Source of the DNA: Octopus sinensis
Taxonomy: Eukaryota
Assembly (NCBI RefSeq): GCF_006345805.1
Contig: NC_043013.1
Coordinates: 47,864,001 to 47,928,000, forward strand
Direction of reading: 5' to 3'
Length of the DNA: 64,000 nucleotides
Part shown: piece after piece, positions 12,857 to 25,684 of the stretch
How positions within the stretch are numbered: the stretch's first letter is position 1
How the letters are laid out: the number at the start of each line of letters is the position of its first letter
Translations under genes and position numbers: made by a program
Notes under the pieces: model-generated
The model's input: the letters and a program-made list of their open reading frames with translations, nothing else
Database searches by the model: none
What the model was told of the DNA's origin: nothing

Positions 12857-13259
12857 ATCCTTTTCTACTCGAGGCACAAGGCCCGAAATTATTGAGGAGG
12901 GGGGTCAGTCGATTAGATCGACCCCAGTACGCAACTGGTACTTAATTTATTGACCTCGAAAGGATGAAGGAGTAAGTCAACCTCGGCGGAATTTGAACTC
13001 AAAACGTAAAAGACAGACGAAATACCTATTTATTTACTACACACAAGGGGTCAAACACAGAGGGGACAAACAAGGACAGACAAACGGATTAAGTCGATTA
13101 CATCGACCCCAGTGCATAACTGGTACTTATTTAATCGACCCCGAAACGATCAAAGGTAAAGTCGACCTCGGCGGAATTTGAACTCAGAACGTAGCGGCAG
13201 ACGAAATACCGCTAGGAATTTCGCCCGGCGTGCTAACGTTTCTGCCAACTCACCACCTT
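12857..13259 (-). mobile_element. Dimeric family A SINE
   Basis: One head, two cores joined at ...aaataggtatttcgtc, two different tails. Confidence 0.85.
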
Positions 13260-14291
13260 AATAATAAATAAATGAATAAATAAACAAATAAATAAATAAA
13301 TAAATCAACTCCTTTATAAGCTTCTATTTTGATTCTACATCCGGGAAATTACCCTACAAACATTTGGCATAACTGCTCTACAAACTAGTACTGCTCAAAT
13401 TATCTAAATCACAGCTATTTCGAAATGCTCGCTTTTTATCAAATCTTTCGCTTTATTTTCTTTCTTTTTTTTTTACTTCGTTTTTTTTTTCATCTCTCCC
13501 TTATCTCTCACTCACTCTCTCTTTCTCCTAAAATTAAACGAAATCCACAGTTATATGTCACGAAAGCTTAGTGAAAGTTTTCAAAGTTATTGATTTCAGT
13601 TTTACGCTTTAATGCTTTAGCAAGTTATATTTGAGAATTAATTTATCAACTTCTACTTAGATATAGTACGACATCACAGAAGCAATTTTGCGTCTGACTG
13701 GCTCGAATTTCATCCTTTATTAAATTGTTCTTCCCATTCTCTTGCTCTTCCAAATTCTCTATCATAACACACATTCACACATATGTAAGTGAACACTTAC
13801 AAAATTTCATATGCAAACGGAGAAAAACTAATTGCCATCTAACTATCCCTACACTCTCTTTCTAGGTTTAGATGGCTTATATTTAGATGCACTCTCATAT
13901 GTACATATACACACTGAAGGACATATATGCCTACTCACAGAACAACAAAGTAAATACGCAAAGTGTATATATAAATATTTAGAAAAATAAAACTTTTCAG
14001 GCATTTGTATACAAAAATATACACATTAGAAGGATATAAAAGTATTTGAATTTATGTGTGTGAGAGAGAAAGACAGACAGACAGACAGATAATGTTAGAG
14101 TGTTAAGGTGATGACTGATACATAAGTATTGACAGCACTGTAAAGCAGAAATGTAGTTAAAGTATCCAGCGAAAAACTCCCTACATTAGACAAGCATCGT
14201 ACTCAGATGGAGATCTTCGTAAATATACCGTTATAAAGAAAAACTTAATTTAAATGCTGATTCAATGCGAATGTCTGTACAATATATTGAA

Positions 14292-14502
14292 TTCGAATGT
14301 TGGCGGGAGACCAGCAATTTTAGGAAGCGAGTAAGTCGATTACATTGATCTCATTGTTCAATTGGTACTTATTTTATCGACCCGGAAAGAATGAAAAGCG
14401 AAGTCGACCTCAGCGGAATTTGAACTCAGAACGTAAAGACGAAGGAAATGCTGCTAAGCATTTTACCCAGCGTGCTAACGATTCTGCCAGCTCATGACCC
14501 TT
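14292..14502 (-). mobile_element. tRNA-derived SINE, family A
   Basis: Core gtcgacctcagcggaatttgaactcagaacgt plus head. Confidence 0.85.
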
Positions 14503-14702
14503 AAAGGAGCGGGAGAGAATGCGCCATTGGCTGCAAGTTTTACATCGAAAGTCTGACGTAAAAACAGGAAGTAACCACACGGCTAAACTCGCTCACCATG
14601 CTCCTACAAATATTAAGTTATGTGTGCGTGCGTATAGTGGTATACGCTTCTGAATTTAATTATAGTATTTTCTGAGAAAAGGCGATATAATTTACTCTAT
14701 AG

Positions 14703-17289
14703 CAGTGGTTCTTAAATAGTGAGGCCCATGAGTGGACCAAGGAAAATTTTAAGTGGGCCTGGAAGTGCCCACCACCACCAAATGCTACCTTTAAAATTCA
14801 TGTTTTCTCTACTGTAATATAAATTTTACGCCAGTGCACTGGCATCAACTTATAAAAGCAGTAACTATTTTCTAAAGGTATACTAGTCTAACACATTCAT
14901 ATACACGGAGTACGCAGTTATAGGCGTACTGACGTCAGTACGCCTCTGTACTCCTATACATGCGCATTCTTTCGGCTGATTTGGGTTGGATGATGTCTCG
15001 CTTCGTAGATTATTGATTGGGCGCTGATTGATCGATCTTTTACAGCACCTGAGAACGTTGTTAAAACTTATAAAAAACGCAGCATTCTGCTCAAAATCTG
15101 TTTACCTTATTTTTGCCCTTTGAATTGGAGACCAGCAATTTTGGTATATTAAATGTAAGGTGATGAGTTACAATTTTACAAGATCCATTAAGAAAAATTA
15201 TATTGAGGGTTTTAAAATGACTCATTCATCTGAATGCTGTTAGCACACTTAATCAACGTTTGTACAGTTAGATATTAATGATTTATTAAAGTTTTGTTAT
15301 TTAAACACAATATCTGGTTTAAAAGTTAACGTTTTATTATTTAAACATGTGACAAAGATCTCCTTCCTTCCTTCAGGCGTTTTTGGATTTTTATTCAAAT
15401 TCTAGTACCCTTCGACTTTCCTCAATGACCACAAGAAGTTCAGACAAAAGGAAGATTACACGCAATTACCTGCAAGATGCTTTATTATTTGGGTTTTTGC
15501 CATCAAATGATGATTCTGAAAAGTCTCAGTGTGTAGATTGCGTATTGATAATGACGAATGATTCTATACAAAAGTCAAAGTTACAAGCGCATCAGCAACG
15601 GAGGCAACCTGGTTCCGTAGGCAAAGAGCGTAGTTATTTTGAGAAGAAAGCAGAATTACAATCATATATGGAAAGAGCAAATGAGCACAATTCGAAGATA
15701 CTTAGAGCCAGCTATACAGTAAGTGAATTGGTTGCTAAAGTTGGTAAGCCTCACAGAATTTGAGAATGATTGGTGAAACCAGCAATGGTTATGTATACAA
15801 AGGAACTGCTAGGAGAAGAGGTTGCGAACATTTCACAGAAAATCCATTCGTCGAATGACACTGTCAGAAGTTGGTAGGATGAAATGGCAGTAAACCTTGA
15901 AGAACAAATGGTAGTAAAGCTAAGAGTTTCAAAGTTCTTCTTTCAAATTGATGAGACAACAATTAAGAACTCCGCTTCATTACTGACTTATGTTCAAAAC
16001 ACTGATGGATTAAAAATTCTTGAAGAAATGTCATTTCGTGTAGAAGTTGCCGAATACACGAAACGATACTATGTATTCGGTTGTAAGCAGTTCCCTGCAA
16101 GAGAAAAAAAATCCTTTTGGCAAATCTGCTGCAGATCTCAAACACAATGGACTCTTTGCAAAATTAAAAGAAGATACCTTTTGCATATTATTCACTCATT
16201 AGATTATTCATCGAGAACATCTTGCTGCTAATCTCTCAACGGTTTTATGGAAACAGCATTGCAAGTTGCTATTTCAGATGTGAATTTTCTCCGAGCCAAC
16301 GTTTTGTATGACAGAATATTTCAGCAATTATGCGAAAAAGAGGAATCACCGGACACTTCCCAAGCACACTGAAATGCTGTGGCCTTCCAAGAAAAGAAAT
16401 TATCTTGATCGTCTAGCTGAAATATGGAATATGGTTCTTACCTTTGCTCATCGCATGGAAACACAGGCTCGCACTAAGAAACAGAAAGATAAAGCCAAGA
16501 GATTGTATTCAGTGATGAAATTGTTTGCGCATGTCAATCATCCCAACTAGACATTGCAAGGACGAAATGCCGTTGTTAAGGACTGTATTAAGAAAGTACT
16601 CGCTTTTATGAATAAATCAAGCCTCTGGAAGTTTACATCTACATACGAATGAGTTTGCTGTCTTCTGTAATTTGGCCAAAACTTGTCCCAGTCCAGAAAT
16701 CATTGCAAGCTATACGAACGACTTGCAGAGCTCAAAAGAAGATATGAATAGAAAATTTAAAGATATCATCGAAACCAGTTCGCCTAAGCGGATTGCCGAC
16801 ATTGCTAATTTTGATGTCTTAAGCGAGCAAGACATTGATTGCATCATTGCCTGAGATCTTAAATTGAAAGAAGACGATCTATTAATGGAAAAGACTGAAA
16901 ACGAAGGATTGATGGAATGGTTGAAAGTAAAATCATCTCATCCCTTGCTCTTTGAAAATGTTGTTCTATTCTTACTATAGTTTCCTATCACCAGGCTGGT
17001 TACGGCGAGAATTTCTGTTGCAAATGATGAGCTGACAAATAAGCGAAATGTTTTTCAAAGAGAGGCGATTTACGCCTGAAATTGAACTAAGATTTGGAAG
17101 ATGAGTGGGACAAGCTGATAGCAAGACACCGAGAACATTGTTGTCATTAAACATACTTCTCTATTTTCTACCAGATTTGTAAACAGATATATTTTTCCAA
17201 TAGAAATTTCGGATTCCAATATGCGGGCCTGGGATTTCTTCGGACACAAAATATGGGCCAGAGAGAAAAAAGAAGTTTGAGAACCACTG
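14703..17289 (+). mobile_element. Full-length decayed hAT (Buster/Charlie group) DNA transposon
   Basis: TIRs cagtggttcttaaa / tttgagaaccactg (13 of 14 match). 8-bp TSD ctctatag / cgctacag with the nnnTAnnn Buster signature. Internal transposase. Confidence 0.88.
15425..17150 (+). pseudogene. Buster-type hAT transposase pseudogene (ZBED5/SCAND3-like family)
   Basis: BED-finger region (RNYLQDALLFGF...QCVDC...SKLQAHQQRRQ), RASYTVSELVAKVGKPH, SNDTVR, FQIDETT catalytic-D region, later HLAAN and EMLWPSK motifs; multiple stops and frameshifts. Confidence 0.85.
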
Positions 17290-17409
17290 CGCTACAGGAA
17301 AACGTTTATATCAGCCGAAAAATATGACGTGGTTCTCTTTTACAATATACCCGAGAAGTTATCCAAATCTATTGTATCAGCCTTGGTACTTGACTGTTAA
17401 AGGGTGAAA

Positions 17410-17690
17410 GAGGAAGTTCCCCTCCGAGGCACGGTTGTTTATGGAAGTCCAGCAGTCGTCCGTGGACACCAGCCTCCCCACTCACAGATGTTATCCAAAG
17501 GAAAGGCAAACGCTGATACAGCTTGGCACTAGTGATGTCGCAACTCATTTCTACAGCTGAATGGGCTGGAACAACGTGAAATAAAGTATCTTGCTCAAGA
17601 ACACAACACAGCCCAGTCTCGGAATCGAACTCACTACCTTATGATTGTGATCCCGATGCTCTAACCACTGAGCCATGTGCCTTCACACTT
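17410..17690 (-). mobile_element. tRNA-derived SINE, family C
   Basis: Head gaaggcacatggctcagtggttagagc...gagttcgattcc followed by gtgttcttgagcaagatac; homologous to 58145-58720. Confidence 0.85.
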
Positions 17691-18199
17691 GACTGTTACG
17701 GTTTATATTTTATTGACCTTCGAGAGATGAAATGAAAAGTTGTTTTATGTGGGATTTGAAATCCAAAGATAAACAGCTTGAAGATGTACGCAAAAAGGGT
17801 CCAGTGTTATGATGTTAGTGTTTAGGGTGCTAGTGTATCGTCTCGTAATACTTTCGTGCTGAGTTGTCAAAGATTTAATCCAAATTTTCTCAAAACAACT
17901 TGTCCGGCCGTCCCATAAATGAGAGACACTGATTTAACCTAAATTTCAGACACCAGCAAAAGAAGAAATAAAGATAGACTTTTTTTCTATTCCAAAGAAA
18001 AACGATTTTATTCACACAAATATGCAACCGAAGAGTTTAAAGTACCAGAAATGATAAGGCTGTTGACTGGGAGAACACAAACATAATAGTATTTTCTTCC
18101 TTGAATAAAAAGCAATCAGTGTTTTCTTTTCATTAAAAAATAATTAAGGAGGCCTTTATTTCAATAAAACTTTTGGTTTTGTTAAACGAAGTTAAGGCA

Positions 18200-18605
18200 A
18201 AAAAAAAAAAATTCTTGAGAAACCAAATAATCTTTCCTTCCTTCATGCCAAGTTTGAAGAAAATATCTCTTTTGCATCTTACTTTTTTGGTCTCTTAAAT
18301 ATACTGCATTATGTGGCATTGTTTCAAGCCAAGCGGCTTTTTTTACGCAAACTGCACGTGCATTTTTTTCGTGTTTGCGTAGTATCGACCGCAACAGCTG
18401 ATATACTTGCGCGTACAAATGCATGTTCCCACGGCTTTATCGATCGCATTCTCACCTGGAATCGATTTTTGTAATTTTTTCAAGACTTATACACGCCCTG
18501 ATACCTTCGATATCTACATATCAAATTTGAGCGCAATCGGATGGAGGATGCCCGATGTCCTAGAAGACACACACACACAGACAGAACGGCTTTTATATAA
18601 TATAT
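18200..18605 (+). mobile_element. Possible non-autonomous Helitron/Helentron-like element
   Basis: 3' part caaatttgagcgcaatcggatg...acacacacagacagaacggcttttatataatat resembles DINE-1/Lep1-type architecture; termini not resolved. Confidence 0.35.
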
Positions 18606-18606
18606 A

Positions 18607-18668
<62 letters not shown>

Positions 18669-18932
18669 TATATAGAGGGTACTATTATTCATAATATAAA
18701 TATATATAATATATATAATATTAATAGTACCGGTATATAATATAAATAAGTATTTTCAAAGTTGAAAAAATTTACAGATTTTTTCTCTTACGAGGTTTTT
18801 CACGCTAACTACTTGATAATTTCTTATAAAGATTTTATCCTATTTAAAAAAAAAATATATATATACATATATACATACATACATACATACATATATACAT
18901 ACATACATACATACGTACGTACGTACATACAT

Positions 18933-18965
<33 letters not shown>

Positions 18966-20899
18966 TATACACACATACACACACACACACACACACATTA
19001 ACAGTCACGACAGGATCCCGCAATTCTGGATATGAAAAACTTCCGTCATGCTGAAGGCGCAGTGCAATCGAACCCCGGACCATACCGTAGCTATGAGTAC
19101 ACCAAATGTGCGTCTATGTATCATCTGAAAATATTTTTTTTTTTTTTTAGATATCTGTTTACATAACAGATCCATTTCATTGTGAATAACATTATTTTTT
19201 TTCTTTCTATTACTCTATTGTAAGCTTGTCTGCTAGAATAATTTTGACGTCCTTTGAAGTACTAGCACAGACGCAGATAGATAAAACGTTTGCTATATAG
19301 AGTTTGCTTCAAAATATTTTATAAAACTTGAGCAGGTTTTGTGGTTAATTTTAGCAAATTATCTGCTGTTTTAATATTAGAATTTACAGAAAACAATTTA
19401 AAAGAAGCAAAAAAAACATGCTTCCAGGTTGTATATAACATTTAAGATAGTAAAGGAAAAACAAGGTAATTGCTTTTGACAAATAGTGAAAAATGAAGTA
19501 TAACATCAGTTTTTAGCGAATGAATTTGAAATGAAAATCCAAACACTAAAGAAATAGTCATTTTCTTATATGAAGCTTTTCTAATTTAAGATTAAATGCT
19601 GTGGGCAGGATTTGAGGAGCAAATGGTTTTAAGAATATTTTTAAGAATATTTCGAAGCAGAGGCAACACCTGATGCCAGCCTGAAGTGTTACATTCACAT
19701 CTTGAAGAATTTTCACTTTGTTTACTGTTGCCTTGTCTTGATTATATATGGAGAGAGAGAAAGGTATAGAGAGATAGATGGGGAGAGAAAGTGAGCCACA
19801 TATATATATATATTGATTGCCTTGTTGTTTATATCTCGGTTTAATTGCCCTCATATCTTTCTTTCCTAGTTGAAACCTGTAGTTGTATTCTAAAATTACT
19901 AACATTTTATTCTGAAGAATTCTATTTCTTCATAGCTTGATTCTGAATTTTATTTTAATCCTTTTATCGTTTCTTGAAAAATAAATAGTCCGTAAGTTTC
20001 AAACAATGCTTATACATTTGATGTCTTTGATCAATGAGAGAAGCTATGAGAAACTTTGAGAAAGTTCTGTGAAGAACAAAAGAATTGATTAAGAATTGGT
20101 TATTTTATGGATTCTTTTAACAGACATTGTCACCCAACCCCACTCTAAAGCCGGGTGTTACAACGGAAAGATTCTATACAGAGTAAGCAAAAAAAAAAAT
20201 TCTGTTCGTAGAACAAACGGCGTTATTTTCTTTTCTCTGTGTTTCCTAAATAATCCAACGAACCAAATCTTTTTATTAAACATGACATTCAGTAACAATA
20301 ATAATTGAGCTTGGCAACCCAAAATATAGAGATCGGAATTTTTAGAAAAGAAAATTTTTTGTTACAGATTTTGTTAGTATAGTGACAGTTGCCTTTGTAA
20401 TTCGGTTTGTGTTTGTGAACATTTCTTGTTTCCCCTTCGTGTTTTCTTTTTTCTATTACCTTTATTATTTAATAACAATGGTTTTATTGTCGGAAGCTAT
20501 CACTCAATTATTCCATTTTCGCAAGAGCATTACAGCATTTATTCAAATCGAGAGTCTAAACTTGAAAAAAAACATATTTTTTAAATTATTTCTTTTATCA
20601 TTTAAATTTCTTTAACTTGTTGAATGGCTCTGTCATAATCATCAGCATGCAAAGAGAATTTTCAATGAGACTGAGCTGTGTGTAGACTAACTTCAGCATA
20701 TCAGGAAAAACATACACTTCAAATCTCCATTTATGCAGTATCCTTACTCATTTTCCTTACTCGCATAATACAGAAGCGCAGCTGACAAAAGTCTATAGAA
20801 ATAGGGATGGACTCGTTCGTTCGTATCATGTCGATTTCGAATTTTGGCACAAGGCCAGCAATTTCGGAGGGGGGGGTTGATCACATTGACCCCCAGTGT

Positions 20900-21450
20900 T
20901 CTGCATATGTGTTGGGATGGTGGGGGTTGGGATATGTGGGGTGGTGTTGTTCTTGTTGTTGTTGAGCAACAAGACGGGTAAGGGTGATTAGGTGATGGTC
21001 TAGGACTTAGGGGCGGGAGACCCCAGACCTGGGGAAAAAAACCCACTTTGGTCGTCTTGTTGTAGTCGAGGGTTCTTCGTTAACGCCTGACACCACTGGG
21101 AGGTGGCGTTCGAAGTCGCTGGAAATGGAGATCTCCAGGTCCAAATTCTTGAACGGCTGTGGGTGGTGTGGATGGAGGGGGTAACGATGAAGGGAGAAGG
21201 TGGGTAGGAGGGAAGAGAAGAAGTTGGTATCAGGGCATGCGACGAGGAGAGAGGTGGGTAGGAGTGAAGAGAGGAAGTAGGTGTGAGAGGAAGAGAGAAG
21301 AGAGGAGGAGTGTCATATGAAGAGGGGAGGGAGTTGAGCCCTTGTATCGCAATGGAGTGAAAGGAGATGATTAATTCCTGTTCACGGCAAAAACAAAGCA
21401 CCATCAGGTTAAAGTATAAATATAGGATAGTGGTACAACAATGCACCAAT
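20900..21450 (-). mobile_element. Penelope-like element, ORF C-terminus plus 3' UTR fragment
   Basis: REQELIISFHSIAIQGLNS resembles the PLE C-terminal E..I..L...P.GLN motif; nucleotide similarity to 62560-62860. Confidence 0.65.
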
Positions 21451-21600
21451 ATTTACTGGAAATAGCAGTCAATAATATACGACTCTATAGTAAAGCTTCA
21501 CCGTATATATATATTGACAAAAACGTTTGGGCGCGGCGGACATAAAAAATGTCATCTTACTTGTGAGAACATTAAATAAATGTACAACCCAGATGTTGGT

Positions 21601-21677
21601 AATCTAGGACATAGGTTTCGAAATTTCCAAATTTACGTTTGTTGACATAAATTTGATTAGTTCTCATCGGCTAGATT
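21601..21677 (-). ncRNA. Type I hammerhead ribozyme-like motif (GUC site, U4C change)
   Basis: Minus strand: AATCTAG CCGATGA GAA...CAAATTTA...TAAATTTG...TTC GAAAC CTAT GTC CTAGATT; perfect 7-bp helix I. Confidence 0.6.
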
Positions 21678-21720
21678 CACCTAGACAAAATTTCAAATGT
21701 CGCTACATAAATGACACACA

Positions 21721-21759
<39 letters not shown>

Positions 21760-21779
21760 ACACATATATATATTTAGAA

Positions 21780-22380
21780 TTTACAAAAAAAATAATAAAC
21801 CAGGCAAAAGACGAAGATGGGTGTGTAAACAACAAACAGATGTATTAGATTAACGCTCGGGAAGTGAGAAAGTGTTTTACGTTTCGAGCCTACGCTCTTC
21901 GACAGAGAGGAACACAAGAAAGAGAAAATAAAGAAAGGTTTAGTGGCTAGCGATTGATCATGGCAAATGCCGCACAGAGGTGGTCAGACAGGAGAAGTAG
22001 GAGAAAGGGGAGATAATAAAGTAGTGGTGATCCCAAAACGAAAGTGTGCGTGCGTGTGTATGTGAGAACGTGTATATGCTTGTGGATAGGGGATGGTGAC
22101 CTTGACGTATGTGAGTGTGCATGTGTAGGCATGTGGATGATGGTATGGGTGCTGGGAAGTGGTCAATGCTAGTGTGTGGGAGATAATGCGATGTGGTGTG
22201 AAATGGTGGGTTGTGGTATGATGGTGTGAGGTATGGTGTGGCATGATGTGGTGTGGCGGGGTGTGGTGTGGCTTGGTGTGGTGTGGCTTGGTGTGGTATT
22301 GTTGGGTGATGGGGAGGCGAGGGGGAGGAAAGCAATGGTGGGCTGTGGGTTGTAAGGGTGGGGGTGGCGTATGTGGGAGC
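21780..22380 (-). mobile_element. Penelope-like pseudo-LTR with degenerate hammerhead (21873-21910)
   Basis: Colinear similarity with 62150-62640; CTGTCGAAGAGCGTAGGCTCGAAACGTA on the minus strand. Confidence 0.75.
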
Positions 22381-22389
22381 GGAATGTAG

Positions 22390-22785
22390 ATATATCTATA
22401 TACATGCATATATACATATATACATATAATAATTTATTCTTTGTATACATATATATACATAAACATATATATATACATACATACATATATATACATATAT
22501 ATACATATATATACATACATAAATATATATATTTATATACAAACATAAATATGCATATAATATTTGTTCTTTATATACATATATATACATACATACATAT
22601 ATATATAAATACATATATATATATACATATATATACATACATAAATATATATATTTATATACAAACATAAATATTCATATAATATTTGTTCTTTATATAC
22701 ATATATATACATACATACATATATATATAAATACATATATATATATACATACATACATACATACATACATACATACATACATACA

Positions 22786-22819
<34 letters not shown>

Positions 22820-22820
22820 C
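22390..22820. repeat. Compound TA/TACA microsatellite with a 122-bp higher-order duplication
   Basis: aaatatatatatttatatacaaacataaat starts at both 22521 and 22643. Confidence 0.9.
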
Positions 22821-23559
22821 ATAGAATTTCTGAAAAACTCTCGAGATGCCTACACGCAAATAAATTTACTTCGTACAATGCAGTGAGAATGTATTTTGAG
22901 TAACCGTTACATTAATTTGATTTACTTTAAGGTATAGATAACTTAAAGTTTACTTTTAACCTCTCCATTCTTATTAACCCCAAGTAGATAGGTAACTCGC
23001 TTTGTGATCATACGTACACCAAACGTCACGTGTGCATATGCTCACATTTTTGCGCATGCTTGAACGAGCGAGTGTACTCGCGCCATGCAGCTTGCTCGAG
23101 GCGTTTATACATCCGTATACGTTGACAGTTAATCTTAAAGCTTTTCTCGCTGGATTGCGTGTTCGTTTCTCTTTTTGCTGTCTGTGATTTTATTTTTGAT
23201 ATTCTATATTCGTCTGGCTGTTTTCCTTTCTACAAAGTGGTAAGCTACATTCAAGAACATTCATTTTAACGAGTTATATTTATTTCTCACCCGACGTAAT
23301 ATATCTGCACCGCCGGATGCTCCTGAAACAGTTGTTAAGTGTTCCACCCATGAGGAATCGATGCTAGTTGTGTCGAAATAATTTTCAAGATTAATAATAA
23401 ATTCTAGTATATTCCATCTTCCGTCTTTCATTTGCAATATATAATATCACACACACATACACACGCTCGCACACACACGCACACCACACCACCACACACA
23501 CCCACACCACACACACACCCACACACACACATATTATATATAATTATATAAATATATAT

Positions 23560-24290
23560 ATACAACACAAGCAATATATATATATATATATTACATTATA
23601 TATAATATACAAATATATATATATATACATATATTACGTATATATTATTATATATCTGTGTGCGTGTGTGAGTTGTATACACATATATGTATAACATATA
23701 TAGCATGCTTATATATATACAGATATGCATATATACATACACACATATACGTACATATATATACATACATCTAGATACACATATATATATATATATATGT
23801 ATATACAAATACATATTCATACACACACACACACTTACATACCTATATTATGTATATCTGTATACACATATATATATATATATTGCGTATATATATATAT
23901 ATATGTATGCATGCCTGTGTATATACATCTGCGCATATATATGTGTATATATATATACAGAGATCTGTATGACTAGATGTATATGTATATATAAGCATAT
24001 ATGTATATACATATGTATGTATGTATGTACGTATGTGTATGTATAAATATATGTACACATGTATATATGTGTATATATATATATGTACATATGTATATTT
24101 ATGCATATATACAATATATATACTATCTATATTATATATAATATATATATATGCATATATATATATATATATATTATATATATTATATATATATAATATA
24201 TATTATTATGTATGTATGTACAGAGATTATATGTATATGTCTGTATATATAGATCTATATGTATACACATTATATATATATCAATGTATA
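23560..24290. repeat. Degenerate TA/TACA-rich low-complexity tract
   Basis: Direct reading. Confidence 0.9.
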
Positions 24291-24500
24291 TGACTTTTTC
24301 CCGGCGTTTCGCTTTCTTGAGTTGGTAAAGAACATCATGTCTATCCCCGCCCTGGGCCCTGTGATTTCGGTGATAATGATCGGTTTTGTGCTCCCGGATA
24401 GAAGAAACACGTCTAGTGAGAGCGATATTACTCTCACCTCTTCAGGAAAATTCAATCTTCCCTTGCTGCACAGGAGAAAACCGGTCACCTACAGATAAAT
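24290..24500 (-). mobile_element. Restriction-like endonuclease fragment of an RLE-class non-LTR retrotransposon (HERO/NeSL-like)
   Basis: RLNFPEEVRVISLSLDVFLLSGSTKPIIITEITGP resembles the L.FP.E...T.LRPDI.L.S.STK..I.IELTVPWE motif. Confidence 0.5.
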
Positions 24501-24639
24501 GTTTGCCTGACGAGCCTTATAGCTTTCTCTTAGAGTCTGATGCATTTGGGTGGTGGTACTTGCTTCTTTCTGGCTTTAAATCTCTGCACGTCTGCTCACT
24601 TGAATACAAAGTATGTTTCTGTACATATTATACATATTC

Positions 24640-24855
24640 AATGCCGCGAGCTGACAGAACTGTTAGCATGCTGGGCAAAATGCTTAGCAGTATTTCGCTT
24701 GTCCTTATGTTATGAGTTCAAATTCCGCCGAATTCAACTTTGCCTTTGATCTCTTCGGAGTCGATAGAATAAGTACCAATTGAGCATTAGGGTCGATGTA
24801 ATCGATTTACCCCTCCTCCCGAAATTTCTGGCATTGTACCAAACTTTCAAACCAC
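24640..24855 (+). mobile_element. tRNA-derived SINE, family A
   Basis: Head gcgagctgacagaactgttagc, core and tail. Confidence 0.85.
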
Positions 24856-24924
24856 TACATATATACATTACAAACACACACAGACACACACACACACGCA
24901 CACACACGCACACACACACATATA

Positions 24925-24965
<41 letters not shown>

Positions 24966-25647
24966 ATGACTGAAGTATACATGACGTCCTGGAAGAATTA
25001 AAGAGAAAGTAGTATTTATACTCAGAAGTATCAGACGGAATTTCTGTTCAATAGCCAGACCTTTTCTACTAATCTATCGCACTCAACAAAATTTATTTAC
25101 ATCATATAAATGAGGTGATGTTTTTTAGTTCCCTTCCATCCACGTGGTAAACACTCCAGACAGGATATCCCAACTGGAATCAGTGAAAATACAATGTTGA
25201 ATTTCTAATCGGAGACGTTTACAATATTAATGAACAAACTCTTCTCCAAATATATCTGCAGTCGCTTGCTTCGCGTTTGTTAGTCTGAGTTTTTGTCTGG
25301 AAATATTTCTCATAAATCTACATTGTAGGCTATAAAATATTATCCCCTTCACTAAATGTATACTTCATCATCCACCACATATCACATCTGTTTGGCGATC
25401 AAGGGTTGCAATAAAAACATGGTGACTGTTTTCTTTATGACCCTTGTTTTATCGTATCAAAATATATTTTCTGATTTCATCATGAAAAGTGTTTTCACAG
25501 AAATATTATATATTTTACTAATAAAATTTACTCATCTATAATTTATTTGTGTGTATATTTAGGCATTTATGTATGTATACACACACATGTATATATATAT
25601 ATATATATGTACGTATGTATGTATACATACATATATACATACGTATG

Positions 25648-25684
<37 letters not shown>

